A DNA stretch of 59,508 bases, counting the filler, from Thelocarpon superellum (Eukaryota): assembly GCA_026025795.1 (NCBI GenBank). It is 2 parts of 2 records of this genome, joined end to end, with 100 filler letters (N's around TTAATTAATTAA, not from the genome) between each part and the next. Parts side by side here need not be neighbours in the genome. Positions count along the whole stretch, not along the records: positions 1 to 29,752 come from JAPEUG010000213.1; positions 29,853 to 59,508 come from JAPEUG010000214.1. One strand, written 5' to 3'. Shown in pieces: positions 23,145-34,076 of the stretch. Within the stretch, counting starts at the first letter, position 1. Every line of letters starts with the position of its first letter. The notes beneath the pieces are model-generated. The model was not told where the DNA came from, did not search any database, and saw only the letters and a list, made by a program, of their open reading frames with translations. Both the position numbers and the translations under genes were made by a program.

Positions 23145-24658
23145 ATGGAACCAGAAGAGGTCGTTGGGGGCCATTCTCCGAGGTCCAGGCGACGGAGAAG
23201 GGCTAGCAAAACAGCCAGACTTCTCGCCTCTGCTAAATTAGAGCACGAGGCGGAGCAGCGACGCCGAAAGCGGGCTCTCCGCAAGCTGGAGGTGAATCAT
23301 GCGAGAGAGTTCAAGGCCGAGCGGGATCGAATTGCCGCCTTCGAACTCAATGCCACCATCGCAGCTGCTCGTCTCCGCGAGATTGAGCCAGCTCTTGAAG
23401 TGCCAGTGGTCAGCAACGAATCAACTTCGTCGCGATGGTCCCCGACAATTTCACCACCTCAAGCCAGACCGAAGGAATCCTCGGAGAAGAGCAAAGTTGC
23501 GGAAGAAGAGCTTGATCGGCTCCTCAATTCATTCAACGCCTACCAAGGCCCCGCTCGTGGGCAGGAGACTCCAACTCAACTAACGGATGACTCCGAGGAG
23601 GTAGTCCAGTGGAGACGGTCGAGCAAAACGGCTCGAGACAAACCACCGAGGTCTGACACACACGCTCAACGCCAAGATGTGAAGTTCTCCCGCAGGTTTC
23701 TGAGCGAAAGCCTTGGTGGAGGAATCATGCAATCCACGTGCACTGTCAGCAAAGAGCGACGAGACTCGCAAGTCTACGATGTCGCCGAATACAGCTGCTG
23801 GGACGGCACCTGGAACCCGCGGATACCTTTGCGACGAGGAACGAATGGATCACTCCTATGCATGGAGTTTGGATCTGGCCAGCCGAGAATCAGAGATCAC
23901 CCACCCCGTCATATGTTTTGTCGGAGAAGGTCAAATGAGTGGGAGTGAGTCGACCTGTGCCTCAGTATTTCAAGATTGTTTATACTGGCTAGATACGTCG
24001 GGCTCTATATCCACGGAAGACAGTTCACCCCCCTTACGTCCGAGGAATACGCCGACCAACTACCAGAAGCAACGAAGGATAAGTGGGCCTCAAATTTCAT
24101 CACGACCAATTGGGGAACTACAAAGTTGGTGGAGGTGGGGCTAGCCACGACGAAAGAGGCAGCGAGACGGATGCGGGTCCGGCAGATCCGAGCCATGATG
24201 GACCGAGTATGACTTTCTTCACATTAGCCACTGTACAGAAACGAATCCTGCTTATCAAAGACACATAGGGCGACAGCGACGATGACAAACCAAAGCTACG
24301 CATGTGGTGGGACGCGCTGGAATTCCAACGGTACGACTCGGCCTTTTACGAGGCTCTGTGCGCCAAAGGACGAGAGCAAGGCTCGACCACGAACGGAGAC
24401 AATGACGGTTTTCCTTTCGGCCATCCGTCCGAGGATCAGGCTGGCGATGCTGTGAATGAAGGAGATGGAGGAGAGGAAAGAGTAAAGTTCCCAGAGGGCG
24501 TGTTTGTTGAAAATCCCAATGGACTTTATGAGGATGAAGCCCGGGCCGACAGGGACGCGAATGATGATAACGGGGACGAACAGGGGAGAAGGGACGGAGA
24601 AGAGCAGGAGGAACAGTACGATGCCGTCGACGGCGACGTAAATTATGACGACTCATGA
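23145..24658 (+). CDS. Hypothetical fungal protein, probable DUF6697 domain with acidic tail
   Basis: Three ORF blocks joined by GT-AG introns (about 23945-23992 and 24207-24269): ...NEWE|YVGLY...KDKWASNFITTNWG...MMDR|GDSDDDKPKLRMWWDALEFQRYDSAFYEAL. The W-x-Y-x-G-x-Y and LRxWW...YD-x-x-FY pattern recalls DUF6697 (from memory). Confidence 0.65.
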
Positions 24659-24788
24659 ATAGCAAAGGATAGATAGGTGCCTCAGTCACTTCATCCCGCT
24701 CTCAATGGAGCACATGCACCTCCAATATTTTCTGAACACCTCGAAATCTCCTTGTATGAGTGCAAAGCACAACTCCACTCCCCGAAGC

Positions 24789-26525
24789 TCACTCTGTTCC
24801 CCCCCTTCTGCTTTGCTCTGCTTCGCTTTGTGTCCATGAGAACTCCCGGGCCCAAATCAATTCAATCACCACGTCTTCCTCGTCTTCAAAGTCGCCCTTG
24901 GCTTTCCCAGGCTCCTTGCTGCTCTTTCCCCGCTTGATGTAGACCTGTCTCACGCGGCCGCCGGGCTCGCGGATGGAATCGACAAGGTCGTAGGAGATTT
25001 TATCCTTGCCTTCTTCAAGCTCGGCCCGGATCGGCGCCAGGCTGTGCGCAAAGTCGGTCGCGTCGTCGGCGAGCGTGCGCGTGTGATCGTCGCGCAGGTC
25101 GGCGTTGATGTCCCACGTCTTCTCCACTTGTTGGAAATCGGGCGGCAAAGGGGTCAGGTACTCGACGATGGAGAAGCCGTTGTTGAGCACTAGAGCGGAC
25201 TGCGGCGGCTTGGACTGCGACGAGAATGTGGTGCTGATGAAGGGAATGGTCACTGGTCGTTTGGGAACGGAGATGGGAGACGGTCGGAAGGTCCATCGCT
25301 GCAGGATGCAATCTTCTCCACATACATCCGCGATCATGCTGAGCTTCATCACGTCTAGCCTGAACCAGCTCTTCCAGTGATGGAGCGACAGCAGGCTGCG
25401 ACCGGACTCAAAGAGGCCACGGGGATCGCCAAAAAGGTCCATTTGGTGGAGGCCGTGCTCCACGGACAGCTTGGTCGTCGTGTGGTGGAAGATGCAGTGA
25501 ACCAAACGTAGGTCGCCTTGGTCCACATTTTCCTCGCTCTGTCGGCACGCCGGGTATGCGGCCATAAGCTCATCGAGGAGAGGAAGGGAGAGGAAGATGC
25601 CGGCCCCGCCAAAGGCAAAGTACCCATGTCGCACGATCTGGTGGAAGTCTTCCGACACAGCGCCGACGTATTGCGGTTTGGTGTGGTCGTGCGTCTTGAG
25701 CATGCTGATGAGATTCGTCATCGACGGGAAGAAGGTATCGTCGTCGATCAACGACACCCACTGCACCGGCGCATGCAGGCTGGATAATGCGCGAACCTCG
25801 TTATGGAGCTCCTTGACTAGATCGAAGTATCGTGACGGGTAGTCGGCCTTGGATATCTTGACCGTGCCGTCGATCCCCCACGCCTGCATCTCTGTCCGCA
25901 CCTCAGGTATCATTTCGTCATTGGGAACCAAGGCCACCAGTCGACCGTTCCCCCGTGTGAGCCAATGGTGCATCTGTGGCAATGAGTCCTTCAGCCGTTG
26001 CGCTGTTGTCGCCACCCCAAACAATACCGTCGCGTTGTCGTAGCGCCGCCTTGCTGGGCGGATGGACAGAGCCAAGGGTTCTTCTTGGCAGTAGGACAGT
26101 GGGATCAGATCGTCCTGCGCCCGGGAGACGTGCTGCAGCTGTGGGACGAGATCTCCCTCGACCTTCCCCATGGGCCGGGATTGCTCGTCTTCGACCACTT
26201 GTGTGGTGATGTAACGTCGGGCATAGTGGAAGTCGGGCGAGAGCTCGTAGCGGTGCAGTGACGAAACGTTCAGGTCGCAGATGCTGCCGGGGAAATGCTG
26301 GAGGCCCTTCTGGTCGACACCATGGGGCCGATGAATATGCCGGGAATGCGACAGCCGGGGACCTGTCACGTAGAAGCCGTAGAGGAAGAAGATGACAAAC
26401 ACCGCGTACCCGGCACGCAAATATCGACGAGAAAGAATGGTGGGGTAGGGTACGCGTGCACCAATCGTCATCGCGCCAGGCGATGGGACATGGGAGGGCG
26501 GTAAATGCTCAGAGGCAGGAAACAT
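24789..26525 (-). CDS. Glycosyltransferase family 31 (Fringe-like), type II membrane protein; start codon uncertain
   Basis: N-terminal TM AGYAVFVIFFLYGFYV, LFGVATTAQRL, WVSLIDDDTFF (DxD), YVGAVSED, AFGGAGIFLS, GDLRL, LHQMDLFGD, LLSLHHWKSW; intronless. Alternative in-frame ATGs at 26471 and 26801. Confidence 0.9.
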   Translation of the reverse strand: MFPASEHLPPSHVPSPGAMTIGARVPYPTILSRRYLRAGYAVFVIFFLYGFYVTGPRLSHSRHIHRPHGVDQKGLQHFPGSICDLNVSSLHRYELSPDFHYARRYITTQVVEDEQSRPMGKVEGDLVPQLQHVSRAQDDLIPLSYCQEEPLALSIRPARRRYDNATVLFGVATTAQRLKDSLPQMHHWLTRGNGRLVALVPNDEMIPEVRTEMQAWGIDGTVKISKADYPSRYFDLVKELHNEVRALSSLHAPVQWVSLIDDDTFFPSMTNLISMLKTHDHTKPQYVGAVSEDFHQIVRHGYFAFGGAGIFLSLPLLDELMAAYPACRQSEENVDQGDLRLVHCIFHHTTTKLSVEHGLHQMDLFGDPRGLFESGRSLLSLHHWKSWFRLDVMKLSMIADVCGEDCILQRWTFRPSPISVPKRPVTIPFISTTFSSQSKPPQSALVLNNGFSIVEYLTPLPPDFQQVEKTWDINADLRDDHTRTLADDATDFAHSLAPIRAELEEGKDKISYDLVDSIREPGGRVRQVYIKRGKSSKEPGKAKGDFEDEEDVVIELIWAREFSWTQSEAEQSRRGGTE

Positions 26526-27439
26526 GGCGTTGGAGAGCGTGGGCCATAACACGGTGAGATGCCCTTGCCTGGTCTGGACACCCTCGGCGACAGAACTCCA
26601 GGAGATGCAATGTCCCCAGAGATGGAGAAGACGGTAGTGGGAAAGCAGATGAAGAATGGCAAGCGTGTCCGGTCGGTACCGGAGTTGTCCCAGTCCCCCA
26701 TGGGCGCTCTCCAGTATAAGACCGAAAGACAAACGACTTCGGACGTGGATAAATCCAGTGGCTAGGGAGCACCTCGTCTCTACGAGGCACTCCCTAACCA
26801 TTCGGGTAGGTACGAGCACAGTGGCTTCAAGATACCTCCTGGCTTGTTCCGCGTACAGGGGAGGCACCCCTAAATAACGTACTATCGTCTCGAAGAATTA
26901 GGAGCCGAGGAGAGCCACACGCTCAAGTCCGTTCGTTGAGAGGAGGATCTGTTTTAGGAAAGTCGGCCAACTAGACCGTAAATGCGCCTGATCCCGCTTG
27001 ACGGGCGCGCTAGAGCGTTGGTGTTGAAGGCGACTTGCGCTGTTGGTGCGTCACCGCTTTGACGACGGAATGGCACCAGTGAGCTCATCCAATTGCCCAC
27101 CGTGTCGACCGGTGGCGCTCAGCCTTGCTCTCCACCCAAGGGCTCGGACAGCGGAATCCACATCCGCCCAAGCTGGGGGCGAAAAGTGGACCTGGGATCA
27201 AGCGAAAGGAACGCCGAATACTCGTACCAGCCGTTTCAAACACATCGTCCGAGTACGAGTATCAATGCGATAGTCGCCGGCTACTGCGATATCGCAGCCA
27301 AACGGCCATAGCGTCCAGCGGGGCGTGCCAGTTCATCTGAAATGTCACGCTGACGTATCCTTCTGCGTTGATTAAGAAACGTATCATGCTTTGCACGCCT
27401 ACAGCAAGTACAGCCTACAAATATATGACCACCTCATTG

Positions 27440-28487
27440 TCAGGGACTTTTCGCACTTAGATGCTCCCTCAAGATCCCCAGATGAATGACGAACCCGGAG
27501 CCTTCTTGCAGTCCCTCAGTCAGTTCCACGTCCGAGATCCGCCAGACTCGGAATAGACGGTGGAATTCCTCTAACCACGCCCGAAAGACATCCACAGTTC
27601 GCAATTGCTGCGCAATGAGACAGACGGTTGGGCGGTGCGTGTGCTGCTCATGGCCAAAGCGACACGCATCCACACATGTCGACACCAATGGCATGACGAG
27701 GGACTCGTTGTACATACAGTCGCAGGCCAAAACCAAGTCCAGTGGCGTGGCCGGACCTGCATCGCCAAACAATTGAGATGATACAGCATGCAATTCCCAG
27801 TCCAGCACTGCGGTTCTCACTGCTTCCCCAGCGAACATGCGTGCCGGCAAATTCTTTCTATGTCTCAGAGGTCCTACCTCGTTTTCCGAGAGATTCCGAG
27901 CCAGCGTCTTGACGACATACTCCTGATCAGTCGCGAAATACCGTCCAATCCTCGGGGATAGCAGTAAGCCCACGATGCCGGAGACGCCGCATCCCAGCTC
28001 AAGCACTCTGGACGAACTTGTGAGGACCCCCTTCCGAAACAGTAGGTTTTGCGGGGAGACGATCCATTCAGCAAATAACGGCGTGACCTTCCACACCACT
28101 AGGTTGCGTCGAGGTCAGCACCGTCGACCGTGCAATCGTAGAAGTGCTTGGACCGTACCCGCGCCCGTTGTACCTCCTGCGCGGTTTGAGGAGAGCAAGC
28201 CCGGGGATTGGTGGATGGTCAGATCATGGCCTCCAACGGCGAGTCTGAGCTCGTGTGCGTTGGGGTCGATGAAGCCCAGGTTGTCAGAGGGCGTGAAACG
28301 CGAGAAGAGAATGAATACCTCTAGTTAGTCACCATACATTGTCAACACCTCTCCTACCGCGGTGGTGGTGGAAGCCACAGGAAACGACAGCAAGCGAGAT
28401 GACGGCCACTATGTTACCTTCCTCTACCTCGGTCACTTCGTCGCCGAGCGCAACCAACAAGTCACGATATGCCATCTCCGCCGGCAT
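27440..28487 (-). CDS. Seven-beta-strand protein-lysine methyltransferase, Rkm5-like (Methyltransf_16)
   Basis: NLGFIDP, LTIHQSPGLLSSNRAGGTTGA|VVWKVTPLFAEW, motif I VLELGCGVSG, ATDQEY, LDWE, LVLACDCMYNESL, AQQLRT; two introns. Confidence 0.88.
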
Positions 28488-29378
28488 CCTGCTTATCTGC
28501 CGAAAAGTATACCCGGTGCCTGGCTGGTAATCCAGGCCGCCGGTACAGGAGATCAAAGGCCGGGCAGGACAGTGATAGACGGAGTGAACCCTCGCGGCTA
28601 AGCGATCATGCGACGATCCGGGGGGGCTGGTTCAATTGCCTTTTCCTACCGAGGGAGACCTCCCAGATATGCGAAGATGGTCTAACGCTGACAGGAACGA
28701 GGTCCCCCGAAGCGATGGTCTGGATCGGCAAGTTGCTGGTGGGCTGGTGGACTTTACTACTGCGGAGGTATAGGGTTCCTCGCCGGCAACCGTGCAAGGA
28801 TGGCGGGAAACCGTTGAGGCGTTGGCAATTGTTCATAATGATGGCAATACCGTAGTACCAATGATTCCCGTCATGAGCGTCACGCCGCAGGTCATGCACA
28901 ATGATGAGTCGTCCTCGTACTAGGGGGCCTAATTGTTTGCAGGGCGCCGTCATCACCGGTCGCTGTTTGCCCGACCAGCCGACCAGTCACTCGACTACGA
29001 GCGGCAGCCTAGGACAAGAGCTGCCACAACGTTCTGCTTTAGTTAGGTCCGAAGCTGCCTTGTCGCCATTAACCCAGCCCAAACTGTCGGCTCTCACGTA
29101 ACGCCCAGTTACGCCGGCAACGACCCTGTCACCATCGTCCGCCCTGGCCTGCCGAGATCTGCCTACCCCCGTCTCCGGGTCGCTGGTCATCTCCTTCCCA
29201 ACGCTTCGCTCTTCTCCACCCGTTCCCCGCCGTCATCCTCCCCTCTTCCATCGTCGAGCTTTTCCTGCGCGGCGCCGTCGTGCATCCTTTGGGCATTCTC
29301 ACTGCCATCATCCTCGTCCTCCTTACCCACCTACCCGTCCACCAGCTTCCCGACCTCCATCGCGTGCCTAGCCGAATC

Positions 29379-29752
29379 ATGACGGTCACCGACGTCTTCT
29401 ACCCGCGCATGGTGCGGCGGCCGCCCTTCAGCGTCGAGGTGCCAGGATATAAGAAGGTCGAGGGTGAGACCATCCCGCGCCGTAACCCGTTGGCAGTCAA
29501 CGGGCTCTTCACCACACCAGAAGAGGGCGTCCATACCATCTATGACATCCTTCGCCGAAGCGCGGAGAAGTACGGCAATGCCAAGGCCATCGGCACGCGT
29601 CCGTTGGTCAACACCCACGTTGAGACCAAGAAGATTAAGAAGATCGTGGATGGCAAGGAGCAGGAGGTCGACAAGAAATGGACATATTTCGAGCTTGGCC
29701 CGTATGAGTACATGAGTTACGTCGAATACGAGAAGCTCGCCCTGCAGATCGG
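29379..29752 (+). CDS. FAA1: Long-chain fatty acyl-CoA synthetase, N-terminal fragment cut by the gap
   Basis: PPFSVEVPGYKKVEGETIPRRNP...KYGNAKAIGTR...HVETKKIKKIVDGKEQEVDKKWTYFELGPYEYMSY is the typical Faa1/Lcf N-terminus; the frame runs into Ns. Confidence 0.88.
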
Positions 29753-29852
29753 NNNNNNNNNNNNNNNNNNNNNNNNNNNNNNNNNNNNNNNNNNNNTTAA
29801 TTAATTAANNNNNNNNNNNNNNNNNNNNNNNNNNNNNNNNNNNNNNNNNNNN
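29753..29852. other. Artificial contig linker/gap: N44-TTAATTAATTAA-N44
   Basis: Exactly 100 nt and symmetric; the central 12-mer puts stop codons in all six frames. Confidence 0.97.
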
Positions 29853-30646
29853 TGCCATCGCGGTGCTTGGCTCCCGACTGGGCTCGCCCGCGCACAACCG
29901 CAGAGAGACGAGCATGACCCACTGCGCCTCCTCTTGAGCCTCTTCAGGAACATGCCTGACTTGTGTCTTCGTGTCCAGATCTTCTTGGACTACGCGCTGT
30001 TCATGCAGAGGTGTGTGCCCCGCTCGTGGTCGAGAAGGGACACATCCCCTTCGCAATGGTCTTCTGATGCACTCTGCAGCGTAATGCGAGAAGCTTCCAT
30101 CCATGCCAAACAAGCCGGCGAGCGCGGGATCTCGGCCCGCAATGTGAGAGGTGTTACCGAGGTGGGTGTCATCGTGAGAACAGGGAGCGCGCCGGGCTGA
30201 CGGACCCCGGCCATAGGATTGTCTACGGAAGTTCAAGGGATGATGGGTGGCTCTACTTGGTTTCAATCTCAGTGCATTTGGGCAGGCGTATGGCGACGGG
30301 ACATGTGGCATACTGTCCACAGGAGGCGTTGAGACGACTTGCAGAACTGGTGACAGGCGTGGGAAGCGAACGATTTCCTGTGAAACCCGGGAGATTCCGC
30401 GTACGAGTATACCTGTGCCCGATGTGGCCATCGTTGAGGACCAGGGCGAGCGTTGACGCGCATCGTGCACCGTACACCACCATTCCGCGAGCTTCGGAGC
30501 GATTCGAGGGCCGTAAATGACGGATGACTCATCTGCCGTGGGTACTCTGTTCCCTGGTGTCCGACGTGGTCTGGAGTGTCTGGCTACGGGATCTCGTAAA
30601 GCGCTTCTTGTCATTATTTGTTCAGCCGAGCTGTCGAGCAAAAAGT

Positions 30647-30693
30647 AACAGTGACGGTAACAGTAACGGCAACAGTAACGGCAACAGTAACAG
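30647..30693. repeat. 12-bp tandem repeat, consensus AACAGTAACGGC, about 4 copies
   Basis: aacagtgacggt aacagtaacggc aacagtaacggc aacagtaacag, upstream of the RGG-protein gene. Confidence 0.85.
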
Positions 30694-30918
30694 ACGCTGC
30701 CGACTCTTCCCTCTGTAGACTCTAGCCGTCTCCACATCTCCTTCCACCTCACCTTGACACTTCCTTCCCGGACAAATTTGGTACGCCAATCCACTCCTTT
30801 GAGATTCCTGGGTCTATTCCGGCAGCATTTACCCAGGATCGAGCTTTCCTGTTCAGACAGAAGAGCGTCTGTCCGTGAACTCCCAGACGCCGTGTCTGCC
30901 TTCACGCAAGCTGTCACC

Positions 30919-32596
30919 ATGCCTGATGTGACCCCCGCCACCCATCCCTCTGTGCGAAATGAGTCCAAGAGCGCCAAGAAGAAGAAGAACAAGCAAGAGG
31001 TGACCGCCACATCGTCGAGCATGACCTCGGCGAGCGGCGCCGTCGACGCGGCGACCAAGCCTGTTATTCACGCCGAGAGCCCTAATGGCACGGAGAGTCG
31101 GGAATATGAGAGTCCGTACATCCAGGAGCTTTACAAGTAAGACGCTACGCGCGATAACCCTCGGTGCGCACCGTGAGACTCTCCACACATGCTGATTCAC
31201 AACTTCAGATCGATCCGCAACATCAACAAAAAGATCGTACGTCACGGTGCCCTGCATCATGCCGACGCGGGCTAACATGAGAACTCATAGAATGCGACCG
31301 CCAAGGTGGACTCCATCCTCGCCGAATACCCGGGCAAGAGCCTCGACGAGCTCGTCGCCGACCGCAAGATCAACAACGACCAGAAGGCCCAAGCGCTGAA
31401 GAAACCGGCATTACTGGCCTCGCTCACGCAACTCCAAGAGCAGGTGGCGCAGTACAAAAAGTTTGACCACGAATACCAGGCCCGTCTGCAGGCGGAGAAG
31501 GACGCCCTGCAAGCCTCGCATCAGGCTGAGCTGGACAAGGTGCGAGAGGAGAGTGCCAAGGCCGCCGGGGCCGAGGTCCGCGTCGAGGCCCGTCGACAAG
31601 AGCGGGAGCATACGTTGTTGCTGTCCAAATTCCTGCGACTCGCCGCCGCCAAGCGACAAGAGGGAGATGCGGACACAGACGATGCCAAGGCGCTCGAGGG
31701 CCTGCTCCTCATGGTCTACGGTGGTGATGCGAGCGCCGTCTCGGCGGCGGAGAAGCTGATCCAAGGCGTGCCCGAGCCCGTCCTCAGCACGGACCATCAG
31801 CCCCTGGATTACACCTGTGAGTGCCCGCACGAGTCTGCGTCCGGCGGAGAGACACGAGCTGACCTGTCCGATGGCAGATGCCCAAGTCAAAGAAGCCGCG
31901 ATGAACTACGAGCCCTACCTTCCTTCGACCGAGGAAACCCTGGGCGACGCCTTGACGTCGTACCCCACTCCCCCCGCCGATGGTGCTGCCCATACCCTGC
32001 ACGCAACCGACCCTACCCTTGCACACGCTGGTCTGAGTGAGCTGAACGACTCCCCTCTCCCGGTCAATGGTATCCACGACGCCCACGAGGTTTCGGATAT
32101 CCCACACCAGTCGATCGCCGGTGCTGACGCGGCCAATGAGATTGCTGCCTCTCACTGGGACGCGACCTTGTCCGCCTCGGCCGAGGGCGAAGGCTGGGTG
32201 GACGTTCGGGTCCCTCGGGATCCCACGGAGACGGAGACGGGCCTTGGGGCTACCCCAGCCGGGATGAACGGTACCCAGAGCTGGGCGGATGAGCAGCCCC
32301 CGGCGGCGCCCCCGGCCCCGCCCGTTCTCGAGGACCTGACCAATAGCAACGACGGATTTCACGAGGTCCATCATTCGCGAGGCGGACGGGGACGCGGGCC
32401 GAGCGGACCGCCGGGAGAGCGACGAGGCAGCTTCCGTGGTCGCGGTGGCCATCGGGGCGGCGGCGAGAGTGGAGGCTATCGCGGACGGGGCGGGTTCCGT
32501 GGAGATCGGGGTGGGAGTGAGGGCGGCTATCGTGGCCGCGGACGGGGGGCTCACCGAGGCGGTGGACGAGGGCGAGACGGGGAACACCCGCGATGA
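30919..32596 (+). CDS. YAG7-like (caprin-1-like) coiled-coil protein with C-terminal RGG box
   Basis: ESKSAKKKK, SPYIQELYK|SIRNINKKI|NATAKVDSI...SLDELVADRKINNDQKAQALKKP, LSKFLRLAAAKR, ALEGLLLMVYGGD, DPTLAHAGL, WVDVRVPRDPTETETG, SWADEQP, DGFHEV, then RGG repeats; three introns including a 28-nt exon. Confidence 0.8.
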
Positions 32597-33066
32597 TCTG
32601 ACCACGTCCGCCGACGAGCATCTCATCTCGAATTCCTCCCCTATGTCCCATGTCAAGTCACGACGCGCACCATCTCCCAGCATTCTTTCTTCCTTCAGCT
32701 AGGTGCAGCACACTGCAGGTTCTACAGCGAAATCATGAGAAGACACAGGAATGGACAGACAGATGCAAGTCTCGTGCGCCTTGTGATCGGCTCTTCCCCC
32801 TCTTCGCTCCGCTTCCGCGTGGACAGTAATCTGCACCCCAGGAGCGGGTGTTCTGGTTCTCGAAGGCGACAATGGACGACAGGAGCACGGCGGCCGAGCG
32901 ATGCTGGCCCAGGCATGGTGATGCCGCGACGACAGACTATAGGCATCGCCGAGTGTATCGTGCAGTCTTCTCGCATCTCCACGACACTATCTACAGAAAA
33001 GGGCAGCTGCGTCGCGTACGAGTACACGCTCGTCGCTCGCCCCCGCTCCGCATGCGTATGGTCTGT

Positions 33067-33678
33067 TCAGAAAGGAGACTGCGCCACCCGCCCGAAGAAC
33101 GCCTCGCCGAAGAAATATCCCACGATGACGGCAAAGAAGAAGCCCACGTTCATAGTCATGACAGCGATCATCCTGGAGGTCGTGAGCAGCTGGTCAGGAG
33201 GGACACGACAAACGTAGTCATTGTTGCACCGTCGTTGCACAGTGGCACGGCACTTAGCGGGGGGCACATACAAGAGATACGCAACGCCCTGCGCCACCAT
33301 CGCCAGCGCCGCCCTCGGGAGATTGACCGAGAGTCTCCACGCGAGCACGGTGTTTCGTCTCGTGGCCTGGTCCAGCCCGCCGTGGATCAAAATCAGGTGT
33401 GATTCGTGTTTCCGCACGTAGTAGGCGTCGAGGCGCTTCAGGCCGCGCACGAGTCCGCGCCAGGTCACGGCTAAGATGAATAGGAAGAACCATGTCCCGA
33501 CATAGCCGGAGGTGGTCGTGGGCGCCCAGCTGGAGGAGTAGAGGTTGGTGGCGAGGTTGTTGGTGGAGAAGGCCATCGTGGAGGCGCTCATGGCGCTGCT
33601 GTCCATGGGCATGGCCATCGCCAAGGAGGTGCCGGCGCCCGCGGATGCAGTGGTCGTGGACGAGACCATGGAGGTCAT
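33067..33678 (-). CDS. Ctr-family copper transporter
   Basis: Met-rich N-terminus MAMPMDSSAMSASTMAF, LYSSSWAPTT-x-x-GYVGT-WFFL TM1, YLL|MIAVMTMN (MxxxM), GYFFG (GxxxG); one 99-nt intron at 33173-33271. Confidence 0.93.
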   Translation of the reverse strand: MTSMVSSTTTASAGAGTSLAMAMPMDSSAMSASTMAFSTNNLATNLYSSSWAPTTTSGYVGTWFFLFILAVTWRGLVRGLKRLDAYYVRKHESHLILIHGGLDQATRRNTVLAWRLSVNLPRAALAMVAQGVAYLLYVPPAKCRATVQRRCNNDYVCRVPPDQLLTTSRMIAVMTMNVGFFFAVIVGYFFGEAFFGRVAQSPF

Positions 33679-33908
33679 CGTAATTTCACGAGGTAGGTTC
33701 GCAGCAAGCCAAGGTATTCCGATCAAAGGCCACGGATGGATCGCCCAAACCCTTTATTCAAAGGCAGAGACACATAAATGAGAGTAAGCATGGCCGAGAC
33801 GCGCACGTTCAACATCACTTGCACCCCTACCGTGTGCTTAGGTATTCAAGGACCAGCCCACGGTGACTTGTCCACCCCGTGTCACTCCAGAAGAGGGTGG
33901 AGGGAATT

Positions 33909-34076
33909 TGAGCACTCTAGGCGTGTCACTGGCTGTAATGCAACGCTTATCGACCCGTGCGGGATGGTACGAAGATGTGGCACCCACGCGGGCGCGCCAT
34001 GGCCGGGCGGGACGGTGACTGAAGTGTGATGCTAGGTGAGATCAGAAACGTGCTCATATCTGCTCATATCTGCTCA
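33909..34076. promoter_or_regulatory. Cluster of Mac1-type copper-response element cores (TGCTCA) in the divergent Ctr/reductase promoter
   Basis: TGCTCA at 34051, 34061 and 34071 (tgctcatatc tgctcatatc tgctcacatt) plus TGAGCA at 33909. Matches the GCTCA core of the yeast Mac1 CuRE TTTGC(T/G)C(A/G); the flanking genes are the expected targets. Confidence 0.7.

Noticed and set aside
28321..28330. ACTAACTAG, branch site apparently fused to the acceptor in RKM5-like intron 1
   Set aside because: An alternative branch candidate (GTTGAC) lies about 20 nt upstream at normal spacing.
29797..29808. TTAATTAATTAA as a piggyBac-type TTAA target or biological repeat
   Set aside because: Centred exactly in 44+44 Ns; an assembly linker.
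29853..31058. 417-aa minus-strand ORF running into the gap
   Set aside because: No recognisable motifs; it partly overlaps the RGG-protein gene in antisense, and its YCCRYC run is just the 12-bp repeat. A real gene start near 30431 cannot be fully excluded.
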